Counted from the first letter of the stretch, positions 50,819-60,515 are shown. The stretch: DNA of 64,000 nt from an uncultured archaeon (GCA_964447495.1 CAYUTF010000003.1:30684-94683), one strand, 5' to 3'. The notes: a model not told the origin generated them from the sequence alone. Made by a program: numbers and translations.

Positions 50819-51445
50819 TTGAATGAAATGGTATTCCTCTTGAATAAAAGTCCTGAAAAACAAAAAGAAATACTTTATACCTTTAAAATAGTCATCATTG
50901 GAGGGGGAGGGGTTGGAAAAACATGTCTTTTTAACCGATTTTGTTTTAACTCATTCAATTTTGACACGTCGATGACAATAGGTATAAATTTCCATTCAAT
51001 TAATCTAAAAATCCAAGATAAAAATAATACCGAAAAAATAGTTGAAAAGTTCATTGCAAACGCTATATTTGATTTTGGTGGTCAAGAAAGATTTAAACCA
51101 TTAATACCTAAATTTATTGGTGGAGCTAATGGTGCTTTATTAGTATTTGATCTATCACATATATTGTCACTTAAAAAATTGAATTTCTGGTATGATCAAA
51201 TTATTCAGCATGCAAATGGTAATAATATTCCAAAAATATTAGTAGGAAGTAAAAGTGACTTGGTTAAACCTGAAAATGGAGCTTTCGAAAAATATAAAAA
51301 GACGTTTTTAGACTTTGCTTCCAACAAAAATCTTGATGGTTTCTTTATGACATCTTCTTTAAATAATTATAACGTAGTAGATGTTTTTAAAGAGTTGAAC
51401 AATTTAATGTTAGAAAAAATAAAAACACCTTATCAAGTCATTTAG
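50819..51445 (+). CDS. Rab-like small GTPase
   Basis: G1 GGGGVGKT, G2 TIG, G3 DFGGQERF, G4 variant SKSD, G5 TSS. Start position uncertain. Confidence 0.9.
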   Translation: MNEMVFLLNKSPEKQKEILYTFKIVIIGGGGVGKTCLFNRFCFNSFNFDTSMTIGINFHSINLKIQDKNNTEKIVEKFIANAIFDFGGQERFKPLIPKFIGGANGALLVFDLSHILSLKKLNFWYDQIIQHANGNNIPKILVGSKSDLVKPENGAFEKYKKTFLDFASNKNLDGFFMTSSLNNYNVVDVFKELNNLMLEKIKTPYQVI

Positions 51446-51460
51446 TGATTATTTTCTGTG

Positions 51461-52534
51461 TTATAAGGCTCTCATATAAATGAAATCAGCAAATTCATTA
51501 AAGAAGAGTTTTTGTTGCTTGTTAAGATCAGGGTAAATATCACTTAACAAGTTCTTTGCTTGGGAAACTAAATTTTTGGAGAAATGTTCAGCAATAATAA
51601 TAGCATTCGTTTCCGCAAAAATATTTAAGACTTCCTTGACATCAGCTTTGGACAATTCTTCTTTTCTATAAATATCATTTAAACTACGGGATTGTTCTTC
51701 ATTTGTATTTTGAACTGCTAGGATATAAATAACTTTTTTAGCTCTATTTTCCACATCTTTTTTCATATCCAAGATATCATCTCTTATTGCATATGCTTGA
51801 CCTATCCTCAGCATAGCGTCGCTTAGAGGTTTGATTTGATAGTGTATATTGCCTTTTGCCAATATAGCTCCGATTTTTGCTGATTTTTCTAATAAACTGG
51901 CACGTTGTAACTCTGCGATATATAAGTATTGTTCTAAAGACATAGTTATATTATGATAACGCATATATTCTTCAATAATCTGCCCTTTTAATAATGAATC
52001 CATTGCAGCATTATATTCGTTAATTGCTAATAATTTTAGATTATCAGGGAATTTCGATTGTTTAATAATATCTAAACCTAGTAGATATCCTTGAATTCCT
52101 CCCAAAATGCTTAAGTCCCTCCCATAATGCATAACAATATCTTCCTTGCTTTGAAATTCAGAATTTTTGTACAGTTCTCTTATCTCATTTTCTAGTTGTT
52201 TATGAAAAGTCGGTTTATCTCTTCTTATATCATCATTATCAATAAGATCGTCATGGATTAAGTGACCACTATGTAAAAATTCTACAGCTAGAGATACTTT
52301 TCGTATTTGTTCAATCTGATCATCTAAAAATTGGGGATTCACAATACCAATAAAAGCGGCTATTAATAAAATTGGATGGATTCTCTTTGCGTTTTTATTC
52401 AAAATAAATTCTTGAAGTTGTAGGAAGAAATCTTGTAATAAAATTTCATTTTCATTATTTTTGAGTATATCAAAATAGGATTTTAAATGATCATCTATCT
52501 CAATCTTCTCTTTTTTCAAAAAATCTTCAATCAT
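51461..52534 (-). CDS. Polyprenyl diphosphate synthase
   Basis: AKRIHP, FARM LIHDDLIDNDDIRR, GQ, SARM DDILD. Confidence 0.9.
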   Translation of the reverse strand: MIEDFLKKEKIEIDDHLKSYFDILKNNENEILLQDFFLQLQEFILNKNAKRIHPILLIAAFIGIVNPQFLDDQIEQIRKVSLAVEFLHSGHLIHDDLIDNDDIRRDKPTFHKQLENEIRELYKNSEFQSKEDIVMHYGRDLSILGGIQGYLLGLDIIKQSKFPDNLKLLAINEYNAAMDSLLKGQIIEEYMRYHNITMSLEQYLYIAELQRASLLEKSAKIGAILAKGNIHYQIKPLSDAMLRIGQAYAIRDDILDMKKDVENRAKKVIYILAVQNTNEEQSRSLNDIYRKEELSKADVKEVLNIFAETNAIIIAEHFSKNLVSQAKNLLSDIYPDLNKQQKLFFNEFADFIYMRAL

Positions 52535-52672
52535 AGTTATATCACGGAGTTAAAAAAACACGCTCTTTTATATATAGTATTGACATTATGTCTTTTTAAG
52601 TTAACAATATTTTTATTATTATTTTTCTATTACAATCTTAAAAATATTTTAATATAATGGATGTGATTCAAT

Positions 52673-53185
52673 ATGTTAATTGGAGTAATTTCAGATTCAC
52701 ATGATCATAAAAATAATATTCTAAAAGCAGTTGAAATCATGAATGAAAAAAATGTTGAAGCCTTAATTCATTGTGGAGATTATTGCTCACCATTTGTAAA
52801 AAATTGGTTTGATAAATTAAATACGAAAATTAAAGAAAATTTTCACGGAGTATTTGGAAATAATGATGGCGATCATGTGTTTTTAAGGCAGAATTTGGGG
52901 AAAATATGTAAATTAGTAGAAAATGGATATGAATTAATAGAAGAGTTTGATGGAAAATCCATTTATGCATCGCATATGCCTAAGCAAAAAACTATTGAGG
53001 CTCTGGCTAATTCAGGTAAATTTGATATTGTTCTTTCGGGTCATACTCATTCGATGGTAAATAAAAAGTATGCGAATGGTGTTTTAGTTGTAAATCCTGG
53101 AGAATTATGTGGATATCTAACAGGAAATGCAACATTTTCTATTATAAATACCGAAAAAGTAGAAGCAGAGATAATATATATATAA
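52673..53185 (+). CDS. YfcE/MJ0936-family metallophosphoesterase
   Basis: SDSH, HCGD, GNND, GHTH, NPGE. Confidence 0.9.
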   Translation: MLIGVISDSHDHKNNILKAVEIMNEKNVEALIHCGDYCSPFVKNWFDKLNTKIKENFHGVFGNNDGDHVFLRQNLGKICKLVENGYELIEEFDGKSIYASHMPKQKTIEALANSGKFDIVLSGHTHSMVNKKYANGVLVVNPGELCGYLTGNATFSIINTEKVEAEIIYI

Positions 53186-53275
53186 AAAAATATTATATTT
53201 AGGACTTTTGCTTGAGTTATATCATTTTAGAGTATATAATAAAATTTTTTTAGGTATTTCACATTTATCACTATT

Positions 53276-54490
53276 ATGCAATTACCATTAGAAGGAATTA
53301 GAATCTTAGATTTATCAAGAATGCTACCAGGTCCTTATTGTTCGATGATTTTAGCTGATCTGGGTGCAGAAGTTATTCATATTAATAATCCAAGATACCC
53401 TTATGCTAATCCTCCTCCTTTTTACCAAAAAGGAAGATATAGGGAAAGTGCGTTCAACTCAATTTTAATGAGGAACAAAAAATCGATTTCACTAAACCTC
53501 AAAAAAGAAAGAGCAAAACAAATTTTTTATGAATTGGTAAAAAAATCAGATGTAATTTTAGAGACATTTCGCCCAAAAGTGACAAATAAATTGAAAATTG
53601 ATTATGATACTCTTTCTAAGATAAATGATTCAATATTGTATTGTTCCTTAACGGGATATGGCCAGAATGGCCCATATGAACAAATAGCAGGTCATGATAT
53701 GAACTACGTCGGTTTATGTGGAATTTTAAATTTAAATAAAGAAAGAGAGATAAGTGGAAGAGACCAAACAGAAAAGAAGCCCATAGTTCCAGGGATTCAA
53801 GCCGCAGATATAGGAGGGGCATTAGTTGCTACAATTGGAATTCTAGGAGCCATCATTGAAAGAAATAATCATGCCCAGAAAAAAGGCCAGTATATTGATA
53901 TATCTATGCTAGATAGTGTATTTTCTTTCATGCCTATGGCAGCAGCTATCAATTTTTCTAAAGATTTAAATGATGGTATACAGAATGAAAATATTCTCCA
54001 TGGTTCTGTGCCTTATTATTCAATATATAAAACAAAAGATAATAAGTACTTATCTATTGGAGCGATTGAGCTAAAATTCTGGCATGATTTATGTAAAGGT
54101 CTTAATCGAGATGATCTAAAAAATAAACAAACGTTAAAAATAGAAGAAAGAGAATATGTGTTTGCTGAACTTAAAAAAGAGTTTTTAAAGAAAACGCAAA
54201 GTGAATGGCTTGAAGTTTTTAAAGCGTTAGATGCTTGTGTCATGCCAATTAAAAGTTTCAGTAAAGCATGTGAAGATCCTCAAATCATAGCACGAAAGAT
54301 GGTGGTATCATTAGATCACCCTAAATTTGGATATCTCCCAAATATTTCATCGCCTATTAAATATTCTCGTACTCCTCTTTCAATTAGAAGTCCCGCTCCA
54401 AAAATAGGACATCATACAAAAGAAATTTTGAAACAACTTAACTATTCAGAAGAAGAAATTAGAGAATTCAAGAAAAAGGGTATAATATAA
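53276..54490 (+). CDS. CaiB/BaiF class III CoA-transferase
   Basis: PLEGIRILDLSRMLPGP, LADLGAEV, RNKKSI, AGHDMNY. Confidence 0.93.
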   Translation: MQLPLEGIRILDLSRMLPGPYCSMILADLGAEVIHINNPRYPYANPPPFYQKGRYRESAFNSILMRNKKSISLNLKKERAKQIFYELVKKSDVILETFRPKVTNKLKIDYDTLSKINDSILYCSLTGYGQNGPYEQIAGHDMNYVGLCGILNLNKEREISGRDQTEKKPIVPGIQAADIGGALVATIGILGAIIERNNHAQKKGQYIDISMLDSVFSFMPMAAAINFSKDLNDGIQNENILHGSVPYYSIYKTKDNKYLSIGAIELKFWHDLCKGLNRDDLKNKQTLKIEEREYVFAELKKEFLKKTQSEWLEVFKALDACVMPIKSFSKACEDPQIIARKMVVSLDHPKFGYLPNISSPIKYSRTPLSIRSPAPKIGHHTKEILKQLNYSEEEIREFKKKGII

Positions 54491-54593
54491 ATTATTTTTT
54501 TAGTATAATTCTAGATATGAGTAAAAAAGGTATATATATCAAATTCACTTTAATATTTATTATTCATTTCTTAATTTCTATGGTGAAATCCTT

Positions 54594-55562
54594 TTGGTGG
54601 AGTATTGTATTGAATGTGGAAAACCTTTAAAAAAAGATTCAGAATTTTGTATGTATTGTGGCAAAAAAATAACCCATGATAGGGAGAGAAAGAATATTGT
54701 TGTAACAGATGCCCAAACTGATTATTCCAGAATTAAAGAACCTCATGATGCGACTAGTGAAGTAAAATCAAAAAGACAATCAAAATATATATTGAATGAT
54801 TCTCAACGAAAGCTTTTCCTCTACAAAATAATACCTTTACTAGTATTGGGGTGCTTTATATGGTTATTTGGCGAGATTATGCTTAGCTTGATATTTTTTG
54901 AAGCCAGTTTTACCTCCGAGTTTATAATTTTTTATATAACTTTTATCTCAATAGATATAACCACATTTATATCATTTTTATTGACTTCACGTAAGAATTA
55001 TATATTTTTGAGTCTATTATTTTACTTCATCTTTGCTTATTTCGCAGGAGCAATTAGTCTGCCAATCATTATTATAAATTCGGAATTATCTAGACAAGTG
55101 ACTATGTTTATTGTTGCTAGTCTTGAAGGAACTCTAGTTATTGCTTTGTTAGGATATTCCTTAAGAAGTAGATATCTGAGAAAAGGGAATTTTTTCATTC
55201 ATGTTATCTTATTCTTAACTTTTGTGATTATAGCGGAATTATCTTTCTTCTTAACATTTTCAATAGAAAATTGGGTTGTGACATTAATAATCACCTTTCC
55301 ATATATTTGGATTGTATCTCTTATAATTCTATTTTATGGTGCAATTACAGTAAAGAAAGAAAACGAACAACCATGGGTTTTTATCCTTTTTAAAATATTA
55401 GGTATACTCCTATTATCCCTCTTATTAGCGGTTGTTGTTGTTATCATAGTTCTCATAATAATCGCTATTGCTATTGCTTGTGGAGATTCGGATATTGATT
55501 TATCAGGTCTTTCTTTTGGTGGATCGGGTAGCAGGAAAAAAAAGAAACAAAATTTACCCTAA
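54594..55562 (+). CDS. Zinc-ribbon membrane protein, possibly Bax inhibitor-1/YccA-like
   Basis: CIECG...CMYCG N-terminus, then about 7 TM helices and a basic tail. Confidence 0.6.
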   Translation: MVEYCIECGKPLKKDSEFCMYCGKKITHDRERKNIVVTDAQTDYSRIKEPHDATSEVKSKRQSKYILNDSQRKLFLYKIIPLLVLGCFIWLFGEIMLSLIFFEASFTSEFIIFYITFISIDITTFISFLLTSRKNYIFLSLLFYFIFAYFAGAISLPIIIINSELSRQVTMFIVASLEGTLVIALLGYSLRSRYLRKGNFFIHVILFLTFVIIAELSFFLTFSIENWVVTLIITFPYIWIVSLIILFYGAITVKKENEQPWVFILFKILGILLLSLLLAVVVVIIVLIIIAIAIACGDSDIDLSGLSFGGSGSRKKKKQNLP

Positions 55563-55739
55563 AAATACTTCTTCAATTCTATTCGAATGAAAAGACAACC
55601 TTAACTGCATTTGTAATCTTCTTGTTAATAATTGTATCAAAAGCCTCTCGATATTTTTCAAGCGGAAATTTATGCGAGATGAAAATAGATATTTATACTG
55701 GAAAGAAGTTAATATAATTTAAATCATAAATCAATTTTA

Positions 55740-56264
55740 TTGGATGAAACTTTTTTGGAAAAAACAATACAGGCATTGCGGGATTTGTTAAAAGAAGATA
55801 AGAACAATTCAGAAATATGGTTTAAATTAGGATATGCATATTTTCAAAATAATAATTTACCTCAAGCAGTTAAAGCCTATGAAGCGGGATTAAAAATCAA
55901 TCCCGATAGTGCAATATATTGGCAAAATCTAGGGTATTTTTATTATGAATTAGAGCAATATGAAAATGCAATAAGCGCATTGCAAAAAGCGATAGATTTA
56001 AACCCGAAATTATCAATAGCGTGGACAGAATTAAGCTCTGTTTATATAGATACAGATAATTTTGATAAAACGATCAAAGCAAGCAATCAGGCGATAAAAC
56101 TTGATCCGAGCGATGAGGTGGCATGGATAAATTTAGGATCTGCATATTATAACAAAAAGGAATATCTCTTAGCTATTGATGCTTTAAATACAGCGTTAAA
56201 ATTAAATCCAGAATTGGAGTTTGCAAAAAAGATTCTTAAATTAGCACAAAACGAATATAAATAA
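55740..56264 (+). CDS. Tetratricopeptide repeat protein
   Basis: Four canonical 34-aa TPRs (WFKLG, WQNLG, WTELS, WINLG ... A..LNP). Confidence 0.92.
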   Translation: MDETFLEKTIQALRDLLKEDKNNSEIWFKLGYAYFQNNNLPQAVKAYEAGLKINPDSAIYWQNLGYFYYELEQYENAISALQKAIDLNPKLSIAWTELSSVYIDTDNFDKTIKASNQAIKLDPSDEVAWINLGSAYYNKKEYLLAIDALNTALKLNPELEFAKKILKLAQNEYK

Positions 56265-56370
56265 TAAGAATCTTCAATTTGGATAAACCATAATTTTATT
56301 TAATAGCAGTTTTATATTATTCTAAAAAGCGTTTTGTTAAGCATAATATTTCATAAATAAAGGAGTAATT

Positions 56371-57927
56371 ATGCCTGAAGAATTGGAAAAAAGGAATTCT
56401 TTTGATCCTCATGAACAAGTAGAAAAAAACACTCAAGAATCCTCAGAAACAGATCTTTCAATTGAAAAAGAAAGCAAGCCTGTTATCATTAATGCTGAAG
56501 CTTATAAAACGATTATTTTATATGCGAGTAGATATGCAAATAAAGAAATACCACAACCAGAATGGAAAGAAATTTATGGTATATTAACTGGATATGTGGA
56601 TGATGAGTTTGTACGAGTCAAGAATGCATATGCTCTTACTTTTGGTCATGATACTGATGTTCAACTGGATCAAAGACATTACATCTTTATTGGGGAAATC
56701 CAACAACAATTAGATGAAGAAGGAAAAAACCATTTCGTTGTTGGATGGTTTCATTCTCATCCAGGGCTTTCACTATTTTTCTCATATACAGATTTGATTA
56801 ATCAACTAGGATTTCAAGCTAACAATAACGACGCTATTGGTCTTGTTTTTGACCATACGCTTCTAGGAAAAAAAAAAGAAGAAAAAATTGGAGATAATAT
56901 TTTAACGAAATATGATACTGGCTTCGAAATATATAAACTTACCGACGTTAATATGGATATAAATTCACCCAATTATGATAATAATTACCACAAAGTTGAC
57001 TATATTGTTGAAGGGTTGAATAAATTCTTCTTTGCTAATGTCCTAGCTGAACTATCCTCACTCTCTTATGCTGGTAAACCACTTCAATCTGCGTATAAAG
57101 AGATTGAAGATATCAAAAAAAAGCCCGAACAAGACCTAAATTTTTCAGAAGTAGATTATAATACTAATCAAAATTTTCTAGTAGATATCCCTATGTCTGA
57201 GGACATAAATTTCAACTTGGATAAATTATTCTATGAGGTTCCTACTCAAAAAAAAGAAATTAAGATCACACATAAAAAAGAAAATGCAGAAGAATTAATT
57301 TATGAGGGAAATTTGGCTTTTAAAAATAAAGATTACTATACTGCCATTGAAAAGTATAGGAATGGAATAGAAATATATAAAAAAGTTAACGACATTGAAC
57401 GGGCAATGGATTTATTGCGAATATTAATAAAACTCTGTATCACTAATAATCACCTTGTATTAGCAAAAGAATTCACAGAAGACTTAAATGAATTAGCTAA
57501 TAAGCACGATAATACCTTTTATAAAGGCGTGGCTAATTATATGGAGGGATATTTATTGCTAAAAGAGGGGGATATTACTCTTTTGAAATCTGCTCTTAAT
57601 AAGATTAGAGACTCAGCTATTCTTTTTGAAAAGGAGAAAGATTATGCAGGAGCCGGTATGGGATTTAATAAAATAGGTACTATGTATCAAACACGTATGG
57701 AGAATTTCGATAGCGCCTGTTTATTTTATAGAGAAGCAATAGAGAATTATAATAAAGCCATTCTCCACACTCATCCATTAAGAAAATCATTTTGGAGTAT
57801 GCCTGAATCATTACAAGAAAAGATTCTTGAATTACGAGATCTAATTGATGAATTAATAGACAAGTTAAACCCGAGCATAAGAAAAAAAATTTTAGAAGAC
57901 CTTCAATTAATAAACTATAATTTTTGA
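56371..57927 (+). CDS. MPN+/JAMM metalloprotease fused to TPR/helical repeats
   Basis: Catalytic Glu in KEIYGIL; VVGWFHSHPGLSLFFSYTD fits HxH-x7-S-x2-D; C-terminal TPR-like repeats. Confidence 0.88.
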   Translation: MPEELEKRNSFDPHEQVEKNTQESSETDLSIEKESKPVIINAEAYKTIILYASRYANKEIPQPEWKEIYGILTGYVDDEFVRVKNAYALTFGHDTDVQLDQRHYIFIGEIQQQLDEEGKNHFVVGWFHSHPGLSLFFSYTDLINQLGFQANNNDAIGLVFDHTLLGKKKEEKIGDNILTKYDTGFEIYKLTDVNMDINSPNYDNNYHKVDYIVEGLNKFFFANVLAELSSLSYAGKPLQSAYKEIEDIKKKPEQDLNFSEVDYNTNQNFLVDIPMSEDINFNLDKLFYEVPTQKKEIKITHKKENAEELIYEGNLAFKNKDYYTAIEKYRNGIEIYKKVNDIERAMDLLRILIKLCITNNHLVLAKEFTEDLNELANKHDNTFYKGVANYMEGYLLLKEGDITLLKSALNKIRDSAILFEKEKDYAGAGMGFNKIGTMYQTRMENFDSACLFYREAIENYNKAILHTHPLRKSFWSMPESLQEKILELRDLIDELIDKLNPSIRKKILEDLQLINYNF

Positions 57928-58027
57928 TGAAGAAGTTTATAGAATTTTCTTTTATTTTCAACTCCTACAATCAAAAAAATTATATTTTAAGAATAATTAT
58001 ATTATATACTTCTTTTGGTGATTAATA

Positions 58028-58780
58028 ATTCCACGTAGAAAGCAGAAAATAAAATACTCAAGAAAAATAGCTTGTAAACATCTTGAACCGATGGGAGATA
58101 TCAGTAATAATCTTCAACCTCTCTGTTTTTGTAAGGAAAGAGATTTAGTTCTTGGCAGAAAAGCCTATGTATGCCAAGTATGTGAATTGTATGACCCCCT
58201 AAAATCAAATCAGAAGATTGCAGAAATTTACGAAGAAAGTAGAAGAGTAGCAGAAAAAAAAATTAAAGAGAAAACTATAGAATTAGAGGATTTCGAACTC
58301 GCAGAAATGCAAATTGAAGATGAAATCGATCTAACTATAGACGAATTTGAAGAAGAAGATGAGGAGGTTCCTCTTAAATTCGAGAAGAGAAAAGCTGGAA
58401 AAGAGGAAATCGGTATTAAGGAAGATTTTGGTGAGATCGAATGTCCATTTTGTGGTGAAGTATTTGAAGATTTAGCTAGCCATCTTACAACATGCGAATT
58501 CGCACCAGATGATGCGAGTATTGAGGATATTATTCCAAATAGATCTAAAAGGAAAAAGAGATCTACACCAGGTAAGGCAAAAAGTCAAGGAAGCGGAAAA
58601 AAGGAAAAACAAAAATGTCCTTATTGCGGAAAAGAGTTTGCGCGACTAGGAAGGCATATAACTTCTTGTCCAAAAAAACCCAAAGAGGATGAGGAGGAGG
58701 ATGAGGAGGATGAAGATGATGATGACTATGATGATGAAGAAGAGGAAGATGAGGAGGAAGAAGAAGATTTTGAAGATTAA
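58028..58780 (+). CDS. Zinc-finger protein with two C2HC fingers and an acidic tail
   Basis: CPFCGEVFEDLASHLTTC and CPYCGKEFARLGRHITSC; ~30-residue D/E tail. Frame open from 58022; start inferred at ATT 58028 after GGTGA. Confidence 0.75.
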   Translation: MPRRKQKIKYSRKIACKHLEPMGDISNNLQPLCFCKERDLVLGRKAYVCQVCELYDPLKSNQKIAEIYEESRRVAEKKIKEKTIELEDFELAEMQIEDEIDLTIDEFEEEDEEVPLKFEKRKAGKEEIGIKEDFGEIECPFCGEVFEDLASHLTTCEFAPDDASIEDIIPNRSKRKKRSTPGKAKSQGSGKKEKQKCPYCGKEFARLGRHITSCPKKPKEDEEEDEEDEDDDDYDDEEEEDEEEEEDFED

Positions 58781-58829
58781 CTTTACTTATATTTTATTTA
58801 ATATCTAAATTTTTACAATAAATTATATT

Positions 58830-59753
58830 ATGGTCAATTCTAAGGACATATATTATTGTTATCCCGTTTTTCGCCCACCTTCTGAATCTAATTCATTGCT
58901 AATTCAATTAACAGAAGGTTGCACCTATAAATGTGATTTTTGTGTATCTAATCTGACAAAAAGTTTCAATATTCGCCCTATTGAGGCTGTAAAAAAAGAT
59001 TTAGTGCTTGCAAATCGCAGATACCGAGAAAGAGTACAAAAGATATTTTTCCTAGATGGTAATGCAATGGTAACTCCATTTAAAACATTATTAGAATTGA
59101 CTAAATATGCTTTTCAATTATTCCCCAGCCTTGAAAGAGTTGGGGTATATGCCCATGCGAAAGATATCATTAAAAAATCAGATGAACAATTGAAATCTCT
59201 TTCAGAGGCGGGACTAAAAATTGCATATGTAGGTTTTGAAAGTGGTTATGATAAATTATTGCAATCCATCAACAAACATGCAACGAAAGAAGACTTAATT
59301 CAAGCATCAAAGAAACTAATGAAAGCAAATATCACTCTATCCGCGACATTAATTAATGGTTTAGGCGGAGCGGGTAATCTTGAAGTTTCAAAAGCCCATG
59401 CAATTGAATCTGCTGATCTTGTAAATAAAATAGTACCGAAAGATGAAAGAATTTGGTATATATCATTTCTATCTCTTATGATCCCTCCTGGAACAATTTT
59501 ATATGATAAAAAGAAACAAGGTCTTTTTAAAGAAATGAATTCTACGGATATTCTGAAAGAATTAAAGGTTTTTATTGAACATATTAATTTTGATAATAAA
59601 AAGGCAAATTGTGTATTTCGTTCGAATCATGCGAGTAACTTTTTACCATTAAAAGGAGTGCTTGAAAAAGATAAGATGAAGCTACTAAAAGCTATTAATT
59701 TTGGTTTAGAACATACAGAGGTTCTAAGACCAGAATTCTATAGAGCGTTATAG
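58830..59753 (+). CDS. Radical SAM protein (paralog of 49596..50522)
   Basis: RPPSE...GCTYKCDFC, YVGFESG, INGLGG, SNHASN. Confidence 0.9.
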   Translation: MVNSKDIYYCYPVFRPPSESNSLLIQLTEGCTYKCDFCVSNLTKSFNIRPIEAVKKDLVLANRRYRERVQKIFFLDGNAMVTPFKTLLELTKYAFQLFPSLERVGVYAHAKDIIKKSDEQLKSLSEAGLKIAYVGFESGYDKLLQSINKHATKEDLIQASKKLMKANITLSATLINGLGGAGNLEVSKAHAIESADLVNKIVPKDERIWYISFLSLMIPPGTILYDKKKQGLFKEMNSTDILKELKVFIEHINFDNKKANCVFRSNHASNFLPLKGVLEKDKMKLLKAINFGLEHTEVLRPEFYRAL

Positions 59754-59759
59754 TCTAAT

Positions 59760-60515
59760 TTATAATGCATTTATTTTTTTGTTAAAAACTATTTCTTGTG
59801 TTTTTGGGATATAATTCTTGATGGGAGCCATTTGCTGTTTCATTAATATATGGACAAATTCCACTAAATTTTGAGAATCAATAGCTAAAATGTGAGAGAG
59901 CTCAGAAATCTTAATTTTATCATATTTTTCGGAGATTTCTGATAATTTTAAACTCAATAATTCTTGATATAAAGATAATGTTATTTTTTTTATATTAGGG
60001 AAGTTTTCATTTTTTATCTCACTTGCAAATCGTAATATCTGTTTTGATGCGGTGTAATAGTTTAATACTTTATATGAGCTTAATATAGTATAGATATTCT
60101 TAATGTATTTGAAGTATTTGTTGATTTCAGTATGGATATCATGTAAATTGAACTTATCCATATTTTTATCAATTTCAACTTTCAACATTGCCAATAATTT
60201 AGAAAAATTTTCGAGATTGTCTTTCGTAAGGTCTTCCTTTAATAGACTATTGTATCGTTTAAGAAATTTCGATCTAAAACTGCCTAGCTCAGATTTAATT
60301 TCATTGTTCAAATTTTCAAGCTCAATCCGTTCTTGATATAAATCATAATAATCTTCGTATTCATTTAATAAGATTAAGACCGATTTCAATTTCTCTAAAG
60401 CAGAATTATAATCTTGATTAATGCGTTTTTTTGAGATGATAGATCTATAGAGATTGATTTCAGCGATTAATTCCTTTTTGTTTTTATATTTTTCAAACCT
60501 CTCTTGTAAACTCAT
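59760..60515 (-). CDS. Helical protein with C-terminal PCI-like winged helix
   Basis: EKYDKIKISELSHILAIDSQNLVEFVHILM...KTQEIVF resembles the PCI consensus Y..I.L..LA..L.L....VE..V..........G.V.F. Confidence 0.6.
   Translation of the reverse strand: MSLQERFEKYKNKKELIAEINLYRSIISKKRINQDYNSALEKLKSVLILLNEYEDYYDLYQERIELENLNNEIKSELGSFRSKFLKRYNSLLKEDLTKDNLENFSKLLAMLKVEIDKNMDKFNLHDIHTEINKYFKYIKNIYTILSSYKVLNYYTASKQILRFASEIKNENFPNIKKITLSLYQELLSLKLSEISEKYDKIKISELSHILAIDSQNLVEFVHILMKQQMAPIKNYIPKTQEIVFNKKINAL

Noticed and set aside
52673-53185. Vps29 (retromer) call
   Set aside because: Motifs fit the widespread YfcE/MJ0936 family; nothing Vps29-specific is visible.
58683-58777. GAN trinucleotide microsatellite as an independent repeat element
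   Set aside because: Explained by the Asp/Glu tail of the CDS; codons are mixed.
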